Made by a program: the position numbers and the translations under genes. DNA of 64,000 nt from Mayamaea pseudoterrestris (taxonomy: Eukaryota): NCBI GenBank assembly GCA_027923505.1, contig BROI01000003.1:186001-250000 (forward strand), given 5' to 3'. This document shows, one piece after another, positions 23,235 to 33,655 of the stretch. The notes below the pieces were generated by a model. It was not told the DNA's origin, did no database searches, and was given only the letters and a program-made list of their open reading frames with translations. Positions within the stretch are counted from its first letter, which is position 1. The number at the start of each line of letters is the position of its first letter.

Positions 23235-25157
23235 ATGTACCGTCGCATTGCACTTCTCTGCTTCCTGCTTGCTGCGGCTCCGGCCAGCGGTGGCATCATC
23301 GACTACCTCAAGAGCGAGCCCGAAGAGACCGTGGTAGAAAAGGTGCAGCACGCATATGACGCGGCGAAAGACGCTGTCAAGGAGAGTGCCGTTCTGGGTG
23401 AGCACATGCATGACCCTTTGCCAGTGGAAGGCTCTGCCACCTACCATGCCAACGCCGCTGCGCAGAAGACCAAGGAAACTGCGGCAGACGCCCTTGATGC
23501 GGCGCAGCATGGCATCAAAGCAACAGCGGAAGGCGCAGCTAATGTCGCGCAGAATGCTGCCCATGCCGCACATCAGACGGGAAGAAACGTTTACAATACC
23601 GTCACTGGAACCACCCAACAAGCCTACGATACGGTGAAAGGCCTCGGCCAGGATGCCGCCGGTGCCGCTGCTGCCACAGGGCGCGGCGCTTACAATACGG
23701 TGACGGGTCTTGGTAAAGATGCAGCCGACACTGCTGCTGCGACAGGACGTGGCGCCTACGAGACTGCCAAGGACCTCGGTCAGGATGCCGCTGGTGCAGC
23801 CGCCGCAACAGGACGAGGCGCGTACGAGACTGCCAAAGATCTTGGTCAGGATGCCGCCGGTGCAGCAGCCGCAACTGGACGTGGCGCGTACGAGACTGCC
23901 AAAAACGTTGGGCAAGATGCGGCTGCAACAGGACAAGACGCTTATGAGACTGCCAAAAGTCTCGGTCAAGATGCGGCAGGCACGGCCAAGGACCTTGGTC
24001 AAGATGCGGCCGACACAGCCGCTGACACAGGACGTGGCGCCTTGCACGGAATCAAGGCGCAAGTAGGCGATATCTACGAAGGTGTCAAGTCGCATTTCCG
24101 ATCAGGCGCTGATGCTGCCGCTGAGACTGGAAGAGAGGCCTACGAAGGAACGAAAGCTACTGTCCAGTCGGGAGTTGATTCGGCTGCCAGGACTGGCAGG
24201 GATGCTTACGACTCTGCTAAGGAGCAGGGCAAGGAGGCACTCAATGCCGCAGAGCGAACTGCTCGCGACGCCAAGAACAAGGTTGAATCAGGGGCCGACG
24301 AGGCGAAACGGCAGGGCAAGGAAGCGCTTAATGCTGCTGAGCGTACTGGACGCGATGCCAAGAATAAGGTTGAGTCAGGTGCAAACGAGGCAAAGCAGCA
24401 GGGCAGAGAGGCACTCGGCGAAGCGAAGCATCAGGGCAGAGAGGCGCTTAACGAAGCTGAGCGCACTGGACGCGACGCCAAGTCGAAGGTCGAGTCTGGG
24501 GCCAATGAAGTAAAGCAACAGGGTAAGGATGCGCTCGGCGAGGCAGAACGCACTGGACGCGATGCCAAGTCAAAGGTCGAGTCAGGTGCCAACGACGTCA
24601 AGCAGCAAGGCAAGGAAGCTCTTGGCGAGGCTGAGCAAACTGGGCGCGATGTCAAGTCAAAGGTCGAGTCGGGTGCGAACGAAGCGAAGAACCAAGGCAA
24701 AGACTCACTCAATGAGGCGGAGCGAACTGGACGCGATACTAAGTCAAAGGTTGAGTCAGAAGCAAATGAAGCGAAGAATCAGGGCAAGAACTTGTACGAG
24801 CAAACCAAGCAGAACGGACAGCAAGCTGCCGACGAAGCCGCGTCTACAGGCCGAAATGTTTACGAGAACTCTAAGCAAAAGGTACAAGAAGGCGTCGACA
24901 GAGCAGGTGAAGCGTACGATTCGACCAAGGAAGATGCCAAAGGATTTGTCGGTGAAATCGCAGACAAAGGCCGCCACATCTACGAAGGCGCGAAGCGAGA
25001 ATTCGCTCATGCTACTGGGTCAGGCTCTCACAGACATGAAAAGACTGTCGGCATGAATGGGGAAGGAAATCTGCGCGACATGGAGGCAGACATTCACCAG
25101 ACAGCTGAGGGACTATCAAACCTGAAGGGAGATGTCGAAGCGGCGAAAGAATCTTAA
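23235..25157 (+). CDS. Large LEA-like helical repeat protein with signal peptide (~640 aa)
   Basis: MYRRIALLCFLLAAAPASG signal; 22-aa repeats AYETAKDLGQDAAGAAAATGRG; 29-aa repeats KEALNAAERTGRDAKNKVESGANEAKQQG. Confidence 0.8.
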   Translation: MYRRIALLCFLLAAAPASGGIIDYLKSEPEETVVEKVQHAYDAAKDAVKESAVLGEHMHDPLPVEGSATYHANAAAQKTKETAADALDAAQHGIKATAEGAANVAQNAAHAAHQTGRNVYNTVTGTTQQAYDTVKGLGQDAAGAAAATGRGAYNTVTGLGKDAADTAAATGRGAYETAKDLGQDAAGAAAATGRGAYETAKDLGQDAAGAAAATGRGAYETAKNVGQDAAATGQDAYETAKSLGQDAAGTAKDLGQDAADTAADTGRGALHGIKAQVGDIYEGVKSHFRSGADAAAETGREAYEGTKATVQSGVDSAARTGRDAYDSAKEQGKEALNAAERTARDAKNKVESGADEAKRQGKEALNAAERTGRDAKNKVESGANEAKQQGREALGEAKHQGREALNEAERTGRDAKSKVESGANEVKQQGKDALGEAERTGRDAKSKVESGANDVKQQGKEALGEAEQTGRDVKSKVESGANEAKNQGKDSLNEAERTGRDTKSKVESEANEAKNQGKNLYEQTKQNGQQAADEAASTGRNVYENSKQKVQEGVDRAGEAYDSTKEDAKGFVGEIADKGRHIYEGAKREFAHATGSGSHRHEKTVGMNGEGNLRDMEADIHQTAEGLSNLKGDVEAAKES

Positions 25158-25635
25158 TTGTTGACACGTTTGCCTTTAATGTATTGTAACCAATTTAAAT
25201 CAATGATCATCTTATATTATAAACTTGCTGGAATAGCAGTTTACAAACTAGTGTAAAGATGAAGGTTGAGTGATTCCGATACATGTCATTCTCAGGAGCT
25301 GCAAATTGCATGTCTCGTCAACATTTTGTTACATATAGGTGTAGGTTACAATTGCTTTAAATGCGGACGTATAACAAGCTTATTGTGCTGTTAACTTACC
25401 TTTTCTTCACTTCGGAAATTGCGGATTTACGTACGTTGAAAAATATTCAGGTACGCACCTGACAGCTAGATTCATTCAGTGCCTCTACGACGCGCCATGT
25501 ATTCGATCGAAATCTCGATGTCGAAATTCTTCGTCCGACTTTGGATGGAAAAGCCACGAGCAAAGCTTCTTGCGCACTTCCCACAACTTGCATACCGAGT
25601 TACAAACACTGTTCCCACAACCAAACATATTTAAA

Positions 25636-26175
25636 ATGAGTGACCTCCCAACCAGCAACATGCCAACGTCAACGGACGCCTTTTCGGGGCAGACGACGGA
25701 TGCACCAACAACAGGCGAGGCAGCCAGCGGAACTCCCATCATGGAGAAGGTTCATGTCGGTGTTGATGTTGCTTCAGACTTGTTCGTCGAAGCGAAAGCA
25801 AGACTTGAAGAAGCGGCCCGAGAATTTGATAGCGTGCTCAAGAGCAAGAACCCGGACAACAAGTTGGACGCGGGCTGGCAGGTGGCGGAGGATACATTCA
25901 ATGCCGCCCGGAACACATTCCAACAAGCGATTGACAGTTTCAAAAGCCAGTTCGAAAACAAGGGCGACGAGGATAAGTCATTGGTCGACAAGACTACTGC
26001 GGTCGCCGGTTCGGGTGTCGAACTTGTGAAAGCAAAGTTATACGAAGCCAAGACTGAATTTGAGAAGGCGTCGGCCGATCTTCGCGATCGCATCAAGGCA
26101 AAGGAGCAAGAGAATCAGTTGAAAAAGGCCGGAGAGGAATTTAATCGCGAAGCGAAAGGTGTTCCGGAACTCTGA
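25636..26175 (+). CDS. Amphipathic helical LEA/apolipoprotein-like protein
   Basis: Charged A/E/K-rich helices with internal similarity (AKARLEEAAREF and VKAKLYEAKTEF). Confidence 0.6.
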   Translation: MSDLPTSNMPTSTDAFSGQTTDAPTTGEAASGTPIMEKVHVGVDVASDLFVEAKARLEEAAREFDSVLKSKNPDNKLDAGWQVAEDTFNAARNTFQQAIDSFKSQFENKGDEDKSLVDKTTAVAGSGVELVKAKLYEAKTEFEKASADLRDRIKAKEQENQLKKAGEEFNREAKGVPEL

Positions 26176-26733
26176 GTTAGTGCTGTGCGGTAGATTCAAT
26201 GTGATCGGTCATGTGCGCCTTGGTGACGATTAGCTTTACAGGAAATGCGATAAATATTTAGTGAGCTTGTGTTTACTTGAAATTTCCTTTGACATTATTT
26301 GCGTACTATTTTGTATCAATCCTCGGAAAACCACTTCATCATTTGAGATGAAAGAATGCGATCGGCATTGGCATTTGAAATACTGGATTGTGTGATGCCA
26401 TGAAGGAAACGTCAAAGCGCCCGCATCGTTGTGCATGGTCGTTGTGAATCTCATCCTGAAACTACAACACATCCAGTCCCGACGGTCCCATTTGCGTCGG
26501 AGGAGAAGGGAAATCGGCGTCATGGTGGAGCAACGGTCCGAGCACGACGTCCAGAATTGACAGTGAAGACTGTGGGTACCGATACGATTCTGGGTCACAC
26601 ATCGATGAAATATATGACGTCACAAGACATCTTGGGTCTTGCATCACAGATGCGATGACTGTCTGATCTTCGATCATGTTGCAAGTCCTAACTTGGTTGT
26701 TACTTACATATTGACAAGACCAAACGCTTGACC

Positions 26734-29259
26734 ATGACCGACTTTTTCTCCAGAGAAGCCGAAAAGCAGCTGCAGGCGCTCATGGAGGCCAACAAGGCTG
26801 CCGCGCCACCAGCCTCGACGGCGTTTGACAACGTGAAGCTCTACTCTGAAAATGAGCGGACGGCTGTTGCAGCCGCGGCGTCGGTTGACGGCGACGCGTC
26901 TGACAGCGATTACACCTGGGTGACATGTGATGGAGACAGCGATGGTGACGAAAGCTCGGAGGAGAGTGACGCGGAAAGTTCGTCCGGTGAAGAAAGTTCT
27001 TCGAGCGAGGAGGAAGAATCCAGTGAAGAAGAATCATCGAGCGAAGAGGACGACGATGAAGAGGTCGAAGCAGTCTTTGTCGTAGAGGAAGTTATCATTG
27101 ACCACGACGCTGCAGAGAAAACCATAGAGGCTGCCGAACCAGTCGCTCAGAAGGAAGAGCCAGACTTGGATGGCACCGACCGAAGTTTACAAGTCGAAGA
27201 AGCGACTACCATCGATGAGGCATCGCGTCTTGTCGTCCTTTGCTCTTTACAGACGAGCGACAGGGAGGTCACTTCGCGCCAGCATCGAGTGCATTCATTG
27301 CTGGCTGCGCAGAAAGTCCCGTACCAGGCAATTGACGGAAGTGACCCTGACAACAAAGACAAACGAAACGAACTTTTCAAACTCTCGGGACGACAGGGTC
27401 ACTATCCGCAATTTTTTCGACGAAACGATGATGGCTCGCTGAAGTACATTGGCGACTACGAGAAGATGGAACAGACTAACGAGCTTGGCGTATTAAAGAG
27501 TTCCATTTCTTCACTGGATCAACCCGACGTTACGGAGAGTGAGGCGGAAGACGGACCTAAGCCAGTTGACGCTACAGCGATTGCCAAGGCGAAGGAAGAG
27601 GCGGCCGCCGATGCAAAAGCAAAAGCAGAAACAGCCGCCGCCGCCGAAGCAAAGGCCAAGAAGGAAGCGGCAGAAGCCGCGGCGAAGGAGAAGGCTCTTG
27701 CGAAAGCACGGGCAAAGCAGGAAGCCGACGAAAAAGTTGCTCGCGTCAAGCGACAAGCAGAGGAGTTTGCGAAGCGACAGGAGGATGAACGACTGGCGGC
27801 GGAGAAGCTTGCCGAGCAAAAGCGACTGGCGGAGGAGAAGCTAGAAAAAGAGCGACTAAAAGCTGAAGAGTTGGCAAAGCAAGAAGCCAAAGAATTGGCT
27901 GAGCGAGAGAGGATCGAAGTGGAAAGGCTCAAGAAAGAGGCTGAGGACGATGCGATGAGAGCCAGACTAGAAGCTATAGAAGCTGCCAAGCTCGAAAAAG
28001 AGGAGAAGATTGCCAGGGTTAAGCGTGAAGCTGAACAATTAGCAGAGAAACATGCATCTGACCAACTCGCGCTCGAGCGACTGGAGCAATCACGACGCGA
28101 AGCGGACGAACGCAAGCGTGAGCAAAAGGAGCAAGACGAGCGACTTGCTCAAACTGCTCGCGAAAAGGACGACCAAAGCAAGAGAGAAGCTGATGAGCGG
28201 GACCGTATCCTTAGGGAGGAACAAGCGAGCACCGCTCGTCTAGCTCAAGAAAAAGAAGAACGAGAAAGGAAGAATGCGGAAAACCAAGCTCGAATGGATC
28301 AGCTTGAGAAAGAAAGCGCTGCTCGACTAGCTCGTGAAAAGGAAGAGCAAAATAGAAAGGAGTCGGAGGAGCGAGAGCGAAAGTCCCAAGCAGAGAAGCT
28401 TGAAAAAGAAAGCATTGCTCGACTAGCTCGTGAAAAGGAAGAGCAAAATAGAAAGGAGTCGGAGGAGCGAGAGCGAAAGTCCCAAGCGAAGAAGCTTGAA
28501 AAAGAAAGCGCTGCTCGACTAGCTCGTGAAAAGGAAGAGAAAATTCGAAAAGCAGCCGAGGATGAAGCACGAAGATCCCAGGCGGTTGACGAGCGTCGAG
28601 CCAGAGATGATGCTGCGACCAAAGCCAGCGCGCGTTTAGAGCGAGAAAAGGCTGCTGCCGAGGAGCGGGAGCGAGAATTAAAAGCAGAACGTGAGCGATT
28701 TAGAGCAGAGAATGACGCTAAATTTGCACTTGAACAAGTTGAACGCCTTCGTAAGCAAAAGGAAGAGAGTGCAGCGACCTTCTCCGCCAAAAATAACGTT
28801 GCTGTGGAAAAAGAACCTGCACCGGCGCCGGCAGCAGCAGATCCCGCTCCAGCAAAGAAAAAGAAGGTTAAAAGCGGCGAGGAAAAGAAGGTCAAGAAGA
28901 AGAGTGAAAAGAAGAAAGACGAGATTGCTGAGCCAAAGACAAAGGGTGTTGAGCGCCAATCGTCTGGGAAAATGTTTCTACGACTGCCAAAGGCCAAGGA
29001 AGAATCTCTTGCGGTGGCGCCAATCGAGCCTGCAAAACCCATGACGGAAGAAGAACGCAAGCAAACGACGCTGCGCAAGCTCCAGTTATGCTACGAATGG
29101 TATGGCAAGCTTGGTCAGCCGAGCCGGGAAAAGATGAAGGAGAAGGTGTCGCGCATTCATTCGTCCATTGGTATCACTGCCGACGATGTAGATGCCATGC
29201 CATGGACGAAAACTGGCAGGTTGAATATTATGGAAATGAACAAGATTTTTCTGCAGTAA
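26734..29259 (+). CDS. SH3BGR-like thioredoxin-fold domain plus long charged coiled-coil protein
   Basis: RQHRVHSLLAAQKVPYQAIDGSDPDNKDKRNELF...YPQFF...YIGDYE (SH3BGR-like); acidic tract; E/R/K-rich helix; small globular C-terminal domain. Confidence 0.75.
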   Translation: MTDFFSREAEKQLQALMEANKAAAPPASTAFDNVKLYSENERTAVAAAASVDGDASDSDYTWVTCDGDSDGDESSEESDAESSSGEESSSSEEEESSEEESSSEEDDDEEVEAVFVVEEVIIDHDAAEKTIEAAEPVAQKEEPDLDGTDRSLQVEEATTIDEASRLVVLCSLQTSDREVTSRQHRVHSLLAAQKVPYQAIDGSDPDNKDKRNELFKLSGRQGHYPQFFRRNDDGSLKYIGDYEKMEQTNELGVLKSSISSLDQPDVTESEAEDGPKPVDATAIAKAKEEAAADAKAKAETAAAAEAKAKKEAAEAAAKEKALAKARAKQEADEKVARVKRQAEEFAKRQEDERLAAEKLAEQKRLAEEKLEKERLKAEELAKQEAKELAERERIEVERLKKEAEDDAMRARLEAIEAAKLEKEEKIARVKREAEQLAEKHASDQLALERLEQSRREADERKREQKEQDERLAQTAREKDDQSKREADERDRILREEQASTARLAQEKEERERKNAENQARMDQLEKESAARLAREKEEQNRKESEERERKSQAEKLEKESIARLAREKEEQNRKESEERERKSQAKKLEKESAARLAREKEEKIRKAAEDEARRSQAVDERRARDDAATKASARLEREKAAAEERERELKAERERFRAENDAKFALEQVERLRKQKEESAATFSAKNNVAVEKEPAPAPAAADPAPAKKKKVKSGEEKKVKKKSEKKKDEIAEPKTKGVERQSSGKMFLRLPKAKEESLAVAPIEPAKPMTEEERKQTTLRKLQLCYEWYGKLGQPSREKMKEKVSRIHSSIGITADDVDAMPWTKTGRLNIMEMNKIFLQ
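28303..28540 (+). repeat. 96 bp (32 aa) coding tandem repeat, about 2.5 copies
   Basis: LEKESAARLAREKEEQNRKESEERERKSQAEK units start at 28303, 28399 and 28495 with near-identical DNA. Confidence 0.9.
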
Positions 29260-29750
29260 GATTGCGTTCAGCATGGTTGTGCAATGATTAAGTGTAAATA
29301 GCGGCATCAGTCGGTCGATCTCATTTACAAGGCACTGCGCACTATTTGCGTCCATTATTTGCTGCTTATGATATCCAATTGCCTCTCTTTATTACATAAA
29401 TAACGAGACGTATATGTTTACACTGCTATCTTAGATGACTCCTCTTGCCTTGAGCAGGTGACAACATAATGGACCTCAGTCGTGCCTCTTTATTACAAAG
29501 TTGCATTGATGCAGTATGCTCGTCAAACCAAAATGTAGCTCCTGTGTCAGGATATTTAGACTGTTTTGTTTCTCATCAAAGCATACACCTCAAAGTATAG
29601 ACATCAAGCAGTTGCAGACAATTACTTTCGTTTTGACGAAGCATGGATAGCTAGGATCTACAGCAACGGAGCACACACGCCTTTTGACTTCACCCTGTTG
29701 CGGTGCGACTTTGCGAAATCGAATTCGCTCTGCCGTCGCACAATTCCACC

Positions 29751-31814
29751 ATGATGATCTCGTCGCTGCGGAACGCGCAATGCAAGTGTTCAATTTTCAG
29801 TAGTCTTACCAGATGCAGAAGATTATCTAGCCAAGCATCTTTTCGAACGATTGATAGTCGTACAGCTTTAACAGCGACAGCTTTTGCTTCACTCGCAATT
29901 GGCTTTGCTATCGGCCGTTCATCTAATGCAGTTGAAAGCAACAGCACTACCAAGATCCTCCCTGATGGCTTACCTCGAACATGCTGTGAACATGAAGAGA
30001 AACCTTCTAGTTTTACTGCCGCCCAGCTTGCACTGCCTGAGAAACTTGCTTTGATTGCTGGAGCCGACAATGTGATTGATGGTCGCACCTTTTCGACTCG
30101 AACGCTTCCCTTCCTACGCGGCGCCCGTCTGGGACTCGGCAGCGCCCTCTGCATTGTCACCCCGCGCAACTTGGCTGAAGTCCCAGAACTGGTGCAAGCC
30201 ATTGTTGATGCAAACTGCGTCATTGTGACGCAGGGTCAAAACACGGGCCTCACTGGAGGGAGTGTGCCGCGTGAACATGATTTGACGAGTGCAGCGTCGT
30301 CGCACCGACCGACTGTAGTTTTAAGCATGAAACACTTGGACCGCATCTTTCCAATTGACAATGGTGACCGCGTCGTTTGCTTGGCCGGCGCAGGCCTTGC
30401 CAGTTTGCAGCAGTTTCTCGATACTTACTTTCCCGACCGAGAATCGCACAGCATTTTAGGATCTACATTTTTGAATCCAACCACGGCGGCAGGGGTTGCA
30501 TTGGGCTCGGGTGGCACGCAAATGCGCAAGGGACCTGCTTATACAGAGCGAGCCTTGTATCTGAAAGTGACGACGAATAAGTGGCAGGAAAATGTTGTGG
30601 AAGTAGTCAATACGTTGGGCATCAAGGGCCTACAAGATCGTGAACTGCCGGCAGATCGCGCGCGACGAATGGATGGTGTACCTTATCGGCTTGATGTATG
30701 GTCGCAGTGGATGACGAAAGGTTTTGACCGGTCCATGAAGTATTCCTTAGCAGAGGATCCTGACCTAAAAGCAGCGAGCGATGTCGACTACAAGGAACGT
30801 TTATGTCGTCATGACTCACACATAAACCGATACAATGCGGATACGCGAGGACCGGAACTGAATCGATCGGAAGGAAAGGTTATTATATTGGCAACAGTGC
30901 ATGACACCTTCTTGAAACCAAAGGAGACAAAAATGTTTTGGTTAGGATTTGATACTCTCGAAACGGCCTTGGCCTTTCGTCGCGAGGTCGCGCTGGTCAA
31001 TTCGAGCGATTTGCCTGTCAGCATGGAGTACCTTGATCGAGATGCGTTTGACGTTATTGATCAAGCTGGACGGATCATGGGTACATTCATTAAATACTTG
31101 GGAACGGCTTCGCCCATACTTCGACACCTGTGGAATGGCAAGCTTTGGGTTGAGGCACTTCCCTTTGCTGGGGCGACAGAGATTGTGGACAAGCTACTTT
31201 ACACTTCCAACTCCATCATGCCTCCTTTACTATCAAACGAGATAATGGAGACTGGAAGAGCACTGGATCATCATATATCTTTAAAGGTTGACGAGTACGG
31301 CGACGGTAATTTGGAGCGACTACTTGATCGCATGAAGAACTTCGCGTCGAAGCATGGTCGCGACAAGATTGTCATTCACGAATGTTCGAATGCCATTGAT
31401 GCTATGAATGCCTTCCGTTTTGTTGCAGCTCCAGCCTTCCGAACATGGTGCGTCGGCAACGGTAGCCAAGGAATCAGCGTTGACTATGCGCTTCCGAACA
31501 ATGGGGGAGAAGCTCCTTTACTCGATGGTCACGACGCAAAACCATTGAAACGTATGCGATATTCACACTTTGGATGTAACGTCGTTCACGAAGACTTGGC
31601 GTATGGAGCAGGTGTCGACGTACACGCAGCAAAGCACCATCTAAAGCGAATAGTTGAATTTGAATGCAAAGGTCGTTTGCCTGCTGAACATGGTCACGGA
31701 ACGGAGTACATTGCTCCCCCAGAGACGCAAGAGAGATGGCGGAAAATGGATCCTCTTAATGTATTAAATCCAGGAGTCGGAGGGCTGCCGGATAGTCGTC
31801 AATACAAGGCGTAG
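29751..31814 (+). CDS. dld: FAD-dependent, quinone-linked D-lactate dehydrogenase (bacterial Dld type) with organellar presequence
   Basis: QGQNTGLTGGSVP, RESHSILGS, GVALGSGG, KGPAYTE, YSHFGCNVVHED, PAEHGHG, DPLNVLNPGVG parallel E. coli Dld motifs. Confidence 0.85.
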   Translation: MMISSLRNAQCKCSIFSSLTRCRRLSSQASFRTIDSRTALTATAFASLAIGFAIGRSSNAVESNSTTKILPDGLPRTCCEHEEKPSSFTAAQLALPEKLALIAGADNVIDGRTFSTRTLPFLRGARLGLGSALCIVTPRNLAEVPELVQAIVDANCVIVTQGQNTGLTGGSVPREHDLTSAASSHRPTVVLSMKHLDRIFPIDNGDRVVCLAGAGLASLQQFLDTYFPDRESHSILGSTFLNPTTAAGVALGSGGTQMRKGPAYTERALYLKVTTNKWQENVVEVVNTLGIKGLQDRELPADRARRMDGVPYRLDVWSQWMTKGFDRSMKYSLAEDPDLKAASDVDYKERLCRHDSHINRYNADTRGPELNRSEGKVIILATVHDTFLKPKETKMFWLGFDTLETALAFRREVALVNSSDLPVSMEYLDRDAFDVIDQAGRIMGTFIKYLGTASPILRHLWNGKLWVEALPFAGATEIVDKLLYTSNSIMPPLLSNEIMETGRALDHHISLKVDEYGDGNLERLLDRMKNFASKHGRDKIVIHECSNAIDAMNAFRFVAAPAFRTWCVGNGSQGISVDYALPNNGGEAPLLDGHDAKPLKRMRYSHFGCNVVHEDLAYGAGVDVHAAKHHLKRIVEFECKGRLPAEHGHGTEYIAPPETQERWRKMDPLNVLNPGVGGLPDSRQYKA

Positions 31815-32100
31815 AAGCTTTTTTGTGCGTGCAAGCAAGGTTGCCAACCAGGCCGAGTAGTCTGTATCTATCCAGTAGAGCGTTATATGTTGAGCTTGTT
31901 GCTTGCGCATGATACTGAGGCGGGCCAGTAGACCACGATTGCTGCAAAATTACATCACAACACAACCCCTCGCCACGGTCGCGACAGATAAGATATGTAC
32001 ACTACGAAACAAATAAATGAAAAGTTGGCAGTTGCTATAAGTCATTACTGTCTACTCTATATCTCGCCAACCTCTGATCTGCCACACAGCCCTCGACAAC

Positions 32101-32370
32101 CTAGTAGGTCTGATGCTGGCGGCTCTCGTCAACTCGCTCCTTCGCCGAGCCGAGACCCTCGGACGTCTTGTCCTTTGCCGATTCGTAGGTATCACCCGCC
32201 TGCTCCGAAGTAGAGTGCATGCCTTCATCGGTCTTCTGCTTGGTCTTGTCGAAGCCGTGCTTCAAAGATTCGGTCGCCTCCTGCGTCTTGCCCGCAATGT
32301 ATTCTTTCGTGTCCTGAAACTTTTCCTTGATGTTCTCGGTCACGCTCTTATCCTGGCCAGAGGAAGACAT
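32101..32370 (-). CDS. Small LEA/hydrophilin-like protein (89 aa), paralog A
   Basis: DKSVTENIKEKFQDTKEYIAGKT; highly hydrophilic; N-terminal motif shared with the next two genes. Confidence 0.75.
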   Translation of the reverse strand: MSSSGQDKSVTENIKEKFQDTKEYIAGKTQEATESLKHGFDKTKQKTDEGMHSTSEQAGDTYESAKDKTSEGLGSAKERVDESRQHQTY

Positions 32371-32743
32371 GGTTGCTATTATCGTTTCAGTATTTGGGGT
32401 TGCGTGATAAGCACTGCTCCACAATTTATGAACGCTTCACGCAAGAGCCATACCATTCGCTTCGCAAGAGTGTCGACGCCCTTCACACTAATTCCATCGA
32501 AGATCTTTAGATCGGAACCATTTGTGATTTCCTTGCCGAAAAGGAGAAGTGATGGAGGCCGCTGAAGCTGAGATGCGCGTCATCTTTCCATGGCAGGCAC
32601 CTGGCAAAATCTGCAAGCACATCCATGCTAAATAATGAGATGGCACAGTCTATTCCGATACATGTACAAGTACGCTACAACACATATTTGTAAAGGATAA
32701 AAGAATCGTTCTAGAGGTCGTTACGTTCTATGATCAAAGAACT

Positions 32744-32965
32744 TTACTTCTTCATCGCCGTCTCGTACGTAGCATTTTGCTGCGGTGAAGAGTGCGCGCC
32801 CTTTTCGCCCTTGTGCACGGTCTTCTTCACACCTTCAGCGGCGTCGTGTGTCTTGCTTGCGATAAAGTCTTTGGTGTCCTCAAACTTCTCCTTGATGTTT
32901 TCGGTCATGCTCTTGTCCTTGTGGTTGTTGTGGTGGATGTCGTTGTGGTGGCCTGGGGTAGTCAT
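32744..32965 (-). CDS. Small LEA/hydrophilin-like protein (73 aa), paralog B, His-rich N-terminus
   Basis: DKSMTENIKEKFEDTKDFIASKT, paralogous to the neighbours. Confidence 0.75.
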   Translation of the reverse strand: MTTPGHHNDIHHNNHKDKSMTENIKEKFEDTKDFIASKTHDAAEGVKKTVHKGEKGAHSSPQQNATYETAMKK

Positions 32966-33655
32966 GATTGCTTATGTTTGAATGTTCAGTTGAGTATCGA
33001 GATTTCGATTTGTGAGATCATCTTTGATGAGGCTCGTTGGTGTCATATCGAAAGGGCGTTAGTAGGAAGAGTCGAATCCCTTCGGCGTCTATCTTTGGAA
33101 GATCTTCGGGTGGTCCAGTCCCGGAGAAGCCGTCGCCAAAAATGAGAATTCGATCGTCATTCTATCGAACACTTCTTGCTAGCGGCGCGTGACATCATGT
33201 GTGTCTTAATTTGTGCAGCCTAGCTATGGTAAACGAACCAAGCTTGTCGGCCTGTTTAACGGGATGATTGGGGCTAACTTATGATGTTGCTTTAAAAGAT
33301 TGTGAGGACATCGTCTGATGTTATAAGTACCTCTAACCAAGGATCTTTCCGTCAGGAATAATACTATGCTGAACGACAGCAATATAAATCAACTTGCAAA
33401 TGCACACCTTATATGCTGAACAAGGGAGTGGCAAAGTCGATGATGCTGAAGGTTGGATGTTTATGTTTGACTAGCCATATACACGGCAATCGCTGTCGTC
33501 CGGTTTGGGTTGAATTTGTTGTGAGATCCCGTATGTTTGCGCTATCTTTTATACACTACTACAAGAAAGTCGTTTCAATAATATGCAAGGAATTTAATAA
33601 CTTGCTTAGGTCCTCAACAAGGGAGACACCAGCTTACAATGGAGAAGCAAGGTTT

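Noticed and set aside
1110..29750. TTG/GTG-initiated N-terminal extensions in the ORF track
   Set aside because: The track uses prokaryote-style starts; the first suitable ATG was used for this eukaryotic locus
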